From the NCBI GenBank assembly GCA_000270325.1, contig BA000048.1, positions 320,080 to 344,079 on the forward strand: a DNA stretch of 24,000 bases, written 5' to 3'. The notes beneath the pieces are model-generated. The model saw only the letters and a program-made list of their open reading frames with translations. It was not told the DNA's origin and searched no databases. Both the position numbers and the translations under genes were made by a program. The DNA comes from Candidatus Caldarchaeum subterraneum (GTDB taxonomy: Archaea > Thermoproteota > Nitrososphaeria_A > Caldarchaeales > Caldarchaeaceae). Each line of letters opens with the position of its first letter. Position 1 is the first letter of the stretch. This document shows, in pieces, positions 1 to 7,712 of the stretch.

Positions 1-2
1 CT

Positions 3-829
3 TGTCGCTGGATAGTTGAAGAACCATTGCCATATTTCGCTGCGGCCTACAGCAGAGGGGTTACTGATGCTTAGCCTCGAAAACATTGCCAGTATTCTTT
101 CAACCAAGTTTGAATATCGGGGGACGAGGATGACCCATTCCAACATATACCATAGTAGAGCGACTGAAACACCGGTGGCCGCGAAGAGTGCCAGCACAGT
201 TCTCCAGTCATACCGCAGGAGCCGGCCATGCTCCTTTTTCTTGGCTTTTTCGACGGTTTTCAAACCCGCGTACAGCAACAGGGGGACAATCACCACGAGC
301 GCAGACTCTTTCGCGAGGAAAGACGTAGCGAATAAAGGTGCCGCCATTATTTTCCGTTTAAACCTATTGTCTAGCAGAAAGTAGATGCCGGCGAGTAGGA
401 AGACCAGCATGAATATGTCTATGCGGGCCACTCGTGAGAAGTAGAAGGTGAGTGTCTCGAATGAGAAGAGGAAGGTGGCGAGTGGTGTCGCGTAGTTGAA
501 CTCTTTCCTGTCCTGAAACAGTCTGCTCACAACGAGATAGAAAATGGGTATCGCCGCTGTTCCCGCGATAACTGACATGATGCGCCAGCCGAATGGGTTG
601 TCGCCGAACGCCAGCATGCCCAACGCTATAAGCATCTTGCCAAGCGGAGGATGTCCACTCCTAGGGTCTATTGGCAACCCCTGCTCATTCTGACCCAGAA
701 TACTACGTGCATCGGGAACGTAGTAAACCTCGTCACCTATCTGTCTGTCGGGAACATCCAGCTTATACACCCTGATTAAAAATGAAACAATAGTTAATGC
801 TGCGACGAAGACAATGCGCTTATTCATCC
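3..829 (-). CDS. Dolichyl-phosphate-mannose--protein mannosyltransferase-like (PMT/GT39-type) membrane glycosyltransferase; truncated by the left window edge, with an apparent 1-nt frameshift near the N-terminus
   Basis: Manual minus-strand translation gives LIRVYKLDVPDRQIGDEVYYVPDARSILGQNEQGLPIDPRSGHPPLGKMLIALGMLAFGDNPFGWR..., with a DE-x-YY-x-x-DAR motif and HPPLGK, typical of PMT-like proteins. It stays open to the window edge. Upstream MNKRIVFVAALTIVSF (start 829) is in a different frame, joined at a 7-nt A/T homopolymer at 778-784. Confidence 0.8.
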
Positions 830-875
830 GAGAACGAAGTCATTGTTCCTTTCCTAAAAATCTTAGTTTCTACGG

Positions 876-892
876 CGTTCATATATAAGTTA
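876..892 (-). promoter_or_regulatory. Putative archaeal TATA box for the PMT-like gene
   Basis: The minus strand reads CTTATATATG at about 880-889, roughly 50 nt upstream of the ATG at 829, in a relatively AT-rich non-coding stretch. Confidence 0.4.
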
Positions 893-1073
893 TTTCATGT
901 AAAACCCGTCTTTGCAAAATATTCCGCTGATTATCAAAATGAGAGGAACTATCTGGAGGTAGCCAAGCTCTTGATTATGTTTGGAAAACGTGTGAAAACA
1001 TCGGTTTCGTCAGAGGCGGCCCATGTTTTGATGTAGTCCGTCATGACAAGTAGGTCTGCTGAACGTAGCCTGT

Positions 1074-2126
1074 TTATCCTGCGCCACGCCATATTGTAGG
1101 CTTCTTCGAGGGGTGTTGTATTTTTCTCTGGGCCATGGTCACTGCTTTTTTCATGTTGTAGTGTGTAATCTTTGATATTGTTTTCCTGTTTTCCTCGAAA
1201 CTTCTGTTCAATAATGTTAGGGCGCTGGCTATCGCTCCTCCGGCTGTTGATATTATGTCGGGTATTATGTTGATGCCCGTGTGTTCGAGGATGCGGGCGG
1301 TTGTTACGGATATGGGGTAGTTGGCTATTGGGGCCACTATTCTACAGGGTATTGGTCCTGTAATGGTTTTTGGTCTTGCGCCCGGAACGAATATGTCTGT
1401 CTTGATGTTTGTGATGTCTGTGGGCGGTAGGAGACGGGAGGCGGGGTTCCTCTCGGCATAGATTCTGAGACAGTTTTCACCGTGTCTAGTCCTTAAATCC
1501 AGTAGCTGGTCGATGTCCAAGCCTTTGGGGTCAAAGAGAGTATGATACCTGTTGGATACTGCAACCATGATGTATCCACGTCTGCCTAAGAGGTGAGCCG
1601 CGGCGGTTCCCATGTTTCCGAACCCCTGCAGAGAAAACATCTCCACGTCCTCAATGTTTTTGATGTGTCTGAGCGCCTCTATGGATGCGTGTAGACTCTC
1701 TGCCACGGCAAGCCCTGTATCTGATAGAATTGATTGCCCTCTATGTAGTGTGGGTCGCCGCCTGTCACCTAAAATTGAGTAAAGATATTGTAGGTCTTCT
1801 TCGCTGAACCCTATGTCTGAGCCGGGGATGTAGCTTCCCTTAACCAGTAATTCTTTGGTTTTTTCAACAAATTTCTGTATTAGGTTTTTCTTGTCGACAT
1901 TGAGCGGGTCAGCCGCTATCCCTGTTTTGGCCCCGCCGACCGGTATACCTGCCAAAGACGACTTAAGGGTCATCAGCCGGGCCAGCATCTCCGTCTCCGC
2001 CCTAGTTACGTCGCTGGCTATTCTTACACCGCCCCAGCTGATCCCCATTATGAAATAGTCTATGACAAGCCATCCAACGGCCTGTCCAAGGTTTAGCTCC
2101 ACAACCCGCCCCGGACGAGCAATCAA
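1074..2126 (-). CDS. Glu/Leu/Phe/Val (GLFV) dehydrogenase family protein
   Basis: 350-aa ORF with WGGVRIASDVTRAETEMLARLMTLKSSLAGIPVGGAKTGI (substrate-binding and catalytic Lys region) and the NAD(P)-binding LQGFGNMGTAAAHLL. TTG start directly after an in-frame TAG. Confidence 0.85.
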   Translation of the reverse strand: MIARPGRVVELNLGQAVGWLVIDYFIMGISWGGVRIASDVTRAETEMLARLMTLKSSLAGIPVGGAKTGIAADPLNVDKKNLIQKFVEKTKELLVKGSYIPGSDIGFSEEDLQYLYSILGDRRRPTLHRGQSILSDTGLAVAESLHASIEALRHIKNIEDVEMFSLQGFGNMGTAAAHLLGRRGYIMVAVSNRYHTLFDPKGLDIDQLLDLRTRHGENCLRIYAERNPASRLLPPTDITNIKTDIFVPGARPKTITGPIPCRIVAPIANYPISVTTARILEHTGINIIPDIISTAGGAIASALTLLNRSFEENRKTISKITHYNMKKAVTMAQRKIQHPSKKPTIWRGAG

Positions 2127-2174
2127 CTACAAATCACGCCGTGCCACCCATTTGTTAAGGTTTTTTGGCTGGTT

Positions 2175-3386
2175 TTGTTGTTTTGGGTTGTGCTTTCTTC
2201 GCTTAATGAGTTGATGGCTCGTTGGGGTGTTGACGCTGTTGTGGTGTATGGCGAGTCGACGGCCTCTTGTCCTGAGTTGGCTTATGTTGTGCGGGCTCCG
2301 GTTGCGCGGGGTGGTTTGTATGTTAAGAAGAGAGGTGAGGAACCTCTTCTGGTTGTAAGCAACTTGGATGTGGAGAGCGCGAAAACTGGTCAGGTGCGTT
2401 TGGTCAAGACCTATAATGATTATGGGTTTAGAGAGTTTGTCCGCAGGTTTGGCCGCGGCCGTGGCTGGGCCGAGTTTGTTGCCGAGGTTCTGCGGAGGGA
2501 GAAAGTTGGTGGAGGGCTTGTTCTGGCGGGCAGGTTTGAAGCGGGTCAAGCGGTTTTTCTCGCCGACCTTCTCCGCCGCAAAGGCTTCAGGGTCAAAGCC
2601 TCTCCAAGCCCCTCGCTCCTCGACCTCTGTAGAAGAACAAAGGATAGCTGGGAGGTTGACCGCGTCAGAGAAGCCGGGCGGAAAACCGTCGCAGTTGTTC
2701 AGCGTGTGGAGAAGATTCTCGAGGAAAGCCGCGTGGCAGGTGATAAGGTGCTTTATGAGAACAAGCCGCTGACAGCCAACGTCCTTCGACAAGCTGTTCG
2801 ACAGGCATGCGCAGAACAGGGGCTAAACCTCGTGGAAGGCTTCATCATCGCCGTCGGAGCAGAGTCAGCGGACCCACACTACAGCGGCGAAAAAGACACA
2901 CCAATAAAACCCGGCGAACCTGTTCTCCTCGACATTTTTCCCGCAGACACTACGGGCTATCGCTACGATTTTACAAGAACCTATTGTGTTGGAAGAGCCA
3001 AGCCACTGCTACGCAAAATGTATGCGGACACCGTTGAAGCCCAGAGAATTGCTTTGGACATGATTAGGGAAAACATAGGCTGCGAGGCGCCGTTTATACG
3101 GGTGTGCCGCCTCTACATGGCCCGTGGATGGCCTACGCCGCTTAGCAGACAGCCTGTTGAACGCGGATTTGTTCACGGCCTCGGGCACGGGCTGGGTTTG
3201 ACGATTGGTGAGGAGCCTTATCTCACACGCTTCAGCCGAGACCCCCTTCTCTCGGGAGATGTTGTGACGGTGGAGCCGGGGCTTTATGAGAAAGGATTCG
3301 GCGGTGTACGTGTGGAGGATGTTGTTCTGGTGGAGAGCAGCCGCTGCACTGTATTAGCCGAGCATAGACGGGAGCTGGAGCTTTAG
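2175..3386 (+). CDS. M24 family metallopeptidase (Xaa-Pro aminopeptidase/dipeptidase-like); true start may be the ATG at 2214
   Basis: LLDIFPADTTGYRYDFTRTY, HGLGHGLGL, VTVEPGLYE and GGVRVEDVVLV match the metal-ligand pattern (D, D, H, E, E) of M24 peptidases. Confidence 0.88.
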   Translation: MLFWVVLSSLNELMARWGVDAVVVYGESTASCPELAYVVRAPVARGGLYVKKRGEEPLLVVSNLDVESAKTGQVRLVKTYNDYGFREFVRRFGRGRGWAEFVAEVLRREKVGGGLVLAGRFEAGQAVFLADLLRRKGFRVKASPSPSLLDLCRRTKDSWEVDRVREAGRKTVAVVQRVEKILEESRVAGDKVLYENKPLTANVLRQAVRQACAEQGLNLVEGFIIAVGAESADPHYSGEKDTPIKPGEPVLLDIFPADTTGYRYDFTRTYCVGRAKPLLRKMYADTVEAQRIALDMIRENIGCEAPFIRVCRLYMARGWPTPLSRQPVERGFVHGLGHGLGLTIGEEPYLTRFSRDPLLSGDVVTVEPGLYEKGFGGVRVEDVVLVESSRCTVLAEHRRELEL

Positions 3387-4186
3387 CCGAGGAAAACCCA
3401 GAGAGAATAGGCGGCGAAAGCGCCGTATAGAGATGTGAGAAAGTTTACCACATCGTTGTTGATTACCCTGCTTCCGCCAAGATAAATTGTCTCCACACCA
3501 CAGTGTCGCCTAACCTCGACTGCGCGTCCACACACTTTGCACCTGTATCTCGACTGAACAAGCCCGCCGACGACGCTGTCGAACAAGCTTCCCGTAAACC
3601 CTGAAAAAACGCTGACGAGCGCGACCTTGCTCAGGGGAAGCGTGTCCAGGGAGAAGCCTGTGTAGATGAAAACCGTAGCCGCCGTGATGAATCCTGTGAC
3701 AAAGGCCGACATCAGGCCGAGAGGAGTCACACCGCCGGGTGTTCCCGGCTCAGTCTTCTTCAAAGAGGTTATCAAAATGGGCGGTCTCTTAGAGAGAAGA
3801 CCAAGTTCAGTCGACATGGTGTCGGCGAAAACCGCTGACACTGCTCCGATGTATAGTGGCAGAGCCGTGGCGGGGTCTATGAGAAAGTATCCGGCTGAAG
3901 CTATGAGAGCTGCCGCGAGCCCGTTGCTTATGACGTTGCTCCATGTTCTCACTCCTCTGCCGTATTCGCCGTATTTCTCGCGGTACCGGTATCTTGTGGA
4001 GAAGCCTGATACGATGAAGAAGACGAGGAGCAGGAGAAAATGCATCCGGCCGCCGAAAATGTATATCATGTAGCCCAAGACGACGGCTGCCCCGGCTCCA
4101 CGCAGGTCGAGGAAACGGCCCGCAAGCGCCACAGCTCCAACAACGGCGATGACCACAGTCGCCTCAAAAAAATTCGCCAACAACAC
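3383..4186 (-). CDS. DUF92 family integral membrane protein
   Basis: 267-aa polytopic ORF with ADTMSTELGLLSKRPP, EPGTPGGVTPLG, SVFSGFTGSLFDSVVGG and a C-terminal CKVCG...HCG, all typical of the DUF92 family. Confidence 0.85.
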   Translation of the reverse strand: MLLANFFEATVVIAVVGAVALAGRFLDLRGAGAAVVLGYMIYIFGGRMHFLLLLVFFIVSGFSTRYRYREKYGEYGRGVRTWSNVISNGLAAALIASAGYFLIDPATALPLYIGAVSAVFADTMSTELGLLSKRPPILITSLKKTEPGTPGGVTPLGLMSAFVTGFITAATVFIYTGFSLDTLPLSKVALVSVFSGFTGSLFDSVVGGLVQSRYRCKVCGRAVEVRRHCGVETIYLGGSRVINNDVVNFLTSLYGAFAAYSLWVFLG

Positions 4187-4190
4187 TTCT

Positions 4191-5458
4191 TCACTTCGCC
4201 AACATGTTCAACACCTTCTCAAGAGAATCGGTGACCTGTGTTCTCGATGCGAGGTCGCGGAGAGTAACAGTGCCATCTGCCGCCTCTTTGTCGCCGATGA
4301 TGACGAGATTCTTAATTCCTCTGTTCAGGGCTGTTTCGATGGCGTCGCCCAGCTTCTTCCGAGAAACGTCAACAAAGACAGAGAATCCATTTTTTCTCAG
4401 ACTGTCTGCTACAAGCAGAGCGTAGGATGACGCTTTGTCCGATAATACTGTGAGAAGGATTGTTGGGGGAATGGTGTAGTTTGTGTTTTTCTGCCGAGGA
4501 GATGCATCTGGATGCGTGTTATGCCGATGGAGCAGCCGACAGCTGGAGTGGGTTTTCCGCCGAATAGCTCCACCAACCCGTCGTAGCGGCCGCCGCCGTT
4601 AAACGACAACTGCTCCCCTTCAAGTTTCTGTTCAAAAATCATCCCGGTGTAGTATTCAAGCCCACGTGCGAATCCGAGGTCCACCTCGATCGAGATGTTT
4701 GGGTCAACGTTCATGATGAGTGAAACGATTGTTTCAAGGTTTTCCAGTGACTGCATGGCCTTGGGCCAGGGTGAAACCATGTCGCGGGCCCTTTCAACCA
4801 CTTCCAAGCCTCCTCGATGCTCTGCGAGACGCCAAAGCGTTTCCACAGCGTCTTTATCGAGATGCTGCTCCATCAGCTGCCGTGCCTCTGTAAACATTTT
4901 GCGGTCGATGAGGGAAAGTATGATGTCCTGCGTTTTCTGCTCAACATTATCCATGATTCCCCTCATTATTCCGACGTGGCCTATCTTGAAACGCTGCTCA
5001 ACAAGCCCCAGTCTCTGAAAAACATCCCTGCTCGCCAGAATAATCTCGGCATCGCTCATGGGGTCTCTGCTTCCGAAAAGCTCAAGCCCACCCTGCCAAA
5101 ACCTCCGCCTCCTACCCCACTGCGGCTCATCATATCTGTAACAGTCGGCGATGTAGCCCAGCCGTAGCGGCAGAGGCCTCCGAGAAAGCTTGGATGCGAC
5201 AAGCCGTGCCACAGATGCTGTGACTTCTGGGCGCAGCACCAGTTTGCGGCCGTGTGGGTCGTCGAAAACAAACATGCGATGCCTTATTTCTTCTCCCGAC
5301 TTTGCCTCAAAGAGTTCGAGATATTCTAGGGTGGGTGTCTCAACCTCCTCGTAGCCATACAGCCTATAAATCTCACGTATCACGTCCACTATCCGCTGCT
5401 TCACCGCGAACTCTTCGGGAAGCAGGTCATCCATGCCGCGTGGAGGCTCGAAGGACAA
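4191..5458 (-). CDS. hisS: Histidyl-tRNA synthetase, with an apparent 1-nt frameshift near 4486-4490; the C-terminal anticodon-binding domain continues in another frame to the stop at 4191
   Basis: ORF 4409-5458 has class II motifs (PPRGMDDLLPEE, LRPEVTASVAR, RYDEPQWGRRRRFWQ, ARGLEYYTG, GGGRYDGLVELFGG, GCSIGITR). Adding one base to the T5 run gives the in-frame continuation GRKNTNYTIPPTILLTVLSDKASSYALLVADSLRKNGFSVFVDVSRKKLGDAIETALNRGIKNLVIIGDKEAADGTVTLRDLASRTQVTDSLEKVLNMLAK*. Confidence 0.93.
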
Positions 5459-5487
5459 GCTTCACACCTTCCCAAACCCTCGCCACC

Positions 5488-5504
5488 TCTCTATAAATAT
5501 GTAG
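5488..5504. promoter_or_regulatory. Putative shared divergent TATA element between hisS and the HtrA-like gene
   Basis: ctataaatatgtag at about 5491-5504 reads as a TATA-like box on both strands, about 33 nt from the hisS ATG (5458) and about 30-50 nt from the + strand starts. Confidence 0.45.
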
Positions 5505-5549
5505 AAATCATCCATCACCGTTAATACATGGCCCAGCGAGGTCTCTGAC

Positions 5550-6698
5550 ATGACAAACGGCTCTGCGAAACTGGTTACCGCGGTTGTAGCTTTAGCCGTT
5601 GTCTTGGTTGGGCTCAACTTCTTTTTCTACGTCACTGTGAGAGAGGATGTTTTGGGTCTTCAGCAAGCTGTTTCCTCGCTGCAGACCCAGGCAGTGGAAA
5701 AAACTGTCACCCTTGTCTCACACGTCACCTCCGTGGTGACCGTCGCTGGAAACCGTCCCAGCTATGCCGACATCTTTGACATGGTGAAGGACTCGGTGGT
5801 TTTGATACGTGTTTTTTCCTCAGCGGGCGGGGCTGTGGGCAGCGGGTTCGTGTATGACACCGAGGGCCACATAGTGACAAACAACCATGTCGTGGCCGGC
5901 GCCTCTTCAATCAGGGTAGTGTTTTACAACGGCGAGATGTATGCCGCGCGGGTGGTTGGGACGGATGTTGACAGCGACTTGGCTGTGATAAAGCTGGAGA
6001 ACCCGCCAAAGAACCTTAAGCCTCTGAAGCTGGGAAACTCGACGGAGCTCAGAATAGGAGAAGAGGTGATAGCTATAGGTAACCCGTTCGGGCTTGAGGG
6101 GACACTGACCACCGGTGTGGTGAGCCAGAAGGGCAGGCTTCTCCCGACTGGCAGAGGCTACTCAATACCGGGCGTCATACAAACAGACGCGGCCATCAAC
6201 CCGGGAAACTCCGGAGGCCCGTTGCTCAACATGAGGGGCGAGGTTGTCGGGGTAAACACCGCGATAGAGCCGGGCGGGGTTGGAATCGGCTACGCCGTGC
6301 CATCGTCAATAGTCGCGCGGGTTGTTCCAGCACTGATTAAAGACGGGGTTTACAGACGGAGCTGGATGGGGATTAGCGGAACGACTCTTGACATGGACAT
6401 AGCTGCCGCGGGAGGATACAACGTCACCCGAGGAGTTTTGATATCACAGGTCGTGAACAACAGTCCTGCGCAGAGTGCGGGTCTCCGAGGAGGTGATAGA
6501 ACGGTGGTTGTTAACGGTGTTCAGGTTATTGTCGGCGGCGATGTGATAGTGGCTGTCAACGGGGTGCCGATAAACAGCATCGACGAGCTTCTTGTATACA
6601 TGGAGGAGAAAACCAGCCCCGGCCAAACCATAACGCTGAACATCGTGAGAAACAACCAGTTCATCACCGTCTCTCTAACACTCTCCACAAGGCCATGA
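5550..6698 (+). CDS. HtrA/Deg-like S1C serine protease with N-terminal TM anchor and C-terminal PDZ domain
   Basis: Triad contexts NNHVVAG (His), DSDLAVIKL (Asp), GNSGGPLL (Ser). N-terminal hydrophobic helix and PDZ-like region SPAQSAGLRGGDRTVVVNG...VDELLVYMEEKTSPG. SD-like gaggt precedes the ATG. Confidence 0.93.
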   Translation: MTNGSAKLVTAVVALAVVLVGLNFFFYVTVREDVLGLQQAVSSLQTQAVEKTVTLVSHVTSVVTVAGNRPSYADIFDMVKDSVVLIRVFSSAGGAVGSGFVYDTEGHIVTNNHVVAGASSIRVVFYNGEMYAARVVGTDVDSDLAVIKLENPPKNLKPLKLGNSTELRIGEEVIAIGNPFGLEGTLTTGVVSQKGRLLPTGRGYSIPGVIQTDAAINPGNSGGPLLNMRGEVVGVNTAIEPGGVGIGYAVPSSIVARVVPALIKDGVYRRSWMGISGTTLDMDIAAAGGYNVTRGVLISQVVNNSPAQSAGLRGGDRTVVVNGVQVIVGGDVIVAVNGVPINSIDELLVYMEEKTSPGQTITLNIVRNNQFITVSLTLSTRP

Positions 6699-6699
6699 C

Positions 6700-7626
6700 C
6701 TAGGTCTCTTTGACACACCGATTCCTCAACAGCCCCACCTTCTCAATCTCGGCCTCTACGAGGTCGCCGTCTCTCAGATACCGTTTACCCGCGGCGGCTA
6801 CGCCGGCTGGTGTTCCAGTCGCTATGATGTCTCCGGGTTCAAGGGTTAACCCGTCGGAGATGTATTCGATTAGTTCACCGATTTTGAAGAACATTTCATC
6901 GGTGGAGCCGTTTTGACGCACCTCCCCGTTCACCTTCAACACAAGCCTGAGCGGATACGGGCTGCCTACCTCATCTCTTGTGACAAGGTAGGGGCCGCAT
7001 GGAGCGGCTGTGTCGAGGCTTTTTCCAAGTATCCAGTTTTGGCCGAAGGGGTTCAGCTTCTCCGGCCAACCCGGCGGCAATTGCTTGTCCCGAAAGCTTA
7101 CGTCGTTGAAAACCATGTATCCAGCTATGTATTCGTCAGCTTGTTTAGCTGGAATGTATTTGCCTTTTTTACCGATTACGACGGCAAGCTCTATCTCGTA
7201 GTCCACCATGGTTGAGGTGCGTGGGATAATTATGTTCTCCCCGTGCCCGATTAAGGTGTTGCCGAATTTTCCGAAAAAATACGGCTTCTCGGGGACGGTG
7301 ATTTTCATCTCCTGCCCATGCATCACGTAATTGGCTGCTACGCACAAAATCTTCCTAGCATCAGGAACAGGGGCCTTGAAAACTATTTCGGATTCCTTGT
7401 AGTATAGAGGCGGCCCGTCACCATACTGCGCCGCCTTGTTCCTCAGCTTCTCCACAAGCCGTGCCGAATCCTCGCCCGCTATCAAGAAGCTTCTCATAGA
7501 GTAGAGCCATCGCGGGGCATCCTCACCATAAACCAGTTTATATGCGCTAGGCAGGTCTAAAACCCCTTTGCCAGTTAACAGCCCAACCCTCCTGTCTCCA
7601 TATTTCTCAAAAGACAGCAGCTTCAT
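6700..7626 (-). CDS. Fumarylacetoacetate hydrolase (FAH) family protein
   Basis: Motifs DYEIELAVVIGKKGKYI, GYMVFNDVSFRD, GKSLDTAAPCGPYLVTRDE, LEPGDIIATGTPAGV. Confidence 0.92.
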   Translation of the reverse strand: MKLLSFEKYGDRRVGLLTGKGVLDLPSAYKLVYGEDAPRWLYSMRSFLIAGEDSARLVEKLRNKAAQYGDGPPLYYKESEIVFKAPVPDARKILCVAANYVMHGQEMKITVPEKPYFFGKFGNTLIGHGENIIIPRTSTMVDYEIELAVVIGKKGKYIPAKQADEYIAGYMVFNDVSFRDKQLPPGWPEKLNPFGQNWILGKSLDTAAPCGPYLVTRDEVGSPYPLRLVLKVNGEVRQNGSTDEMFFKIGELIEYISDGLTLEPGDIIATGTPAGVAAAGKRYLRDGDLVEAEIEKVGLLRNRCVKET

Positions 7627-7712
7627 CGGCGACCTACCCGATACAAGCCTGTATATGAGCTATTTCTTCAGAAAAAGAAATAAACTTGTTAGAGCGGTTC
7701 TGTGGAGACGGT

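Noticed and set aside
16-384. 122-aa + strand ORF
   Set aside because: Antisense to the PMT-like gene, which is stop-free in the minus frame to the window edge.
797-1036. 79-aa + strand ORF
   Set aside because: It overlaps the PMT-like N-terminus and its likely promoter, has no motifs, and has no SD or TATA in a sensible position. I cannot exclude a small ORF but do not support it.
2368-2772. 134-aa + strand ORF inside the M24 peptidase gene
   Set aside because: Alternative-frame ORF within a gene with clear family motifs, with low-complexity SR/K-rich composition.
2127-2792. 221-aa minus-strand ORF
   Set aside because: Antisense shadow of the well-supported M24 peptidase gene, with no recognisable motifs and poor protein-like composition.
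4000-4130. Zinc-ribbon-like CxxC...HC in the DUF92 protein as a novelty
   Set aside because: The cysteine/histidine segment (encoded in the C-terminal part, roughly 3520-3570) appears to be normal for DUF92 family members, so it is not a new feature.
4040-4430. Small + strand ORFs (4040-4234, 4149-4430, 4204-4425)
   Set aside because: Antisense to the DUF92 start and the frameshifted C-terminal domain of hisS; these exist only because the true minus frame was broken in the ORF track.
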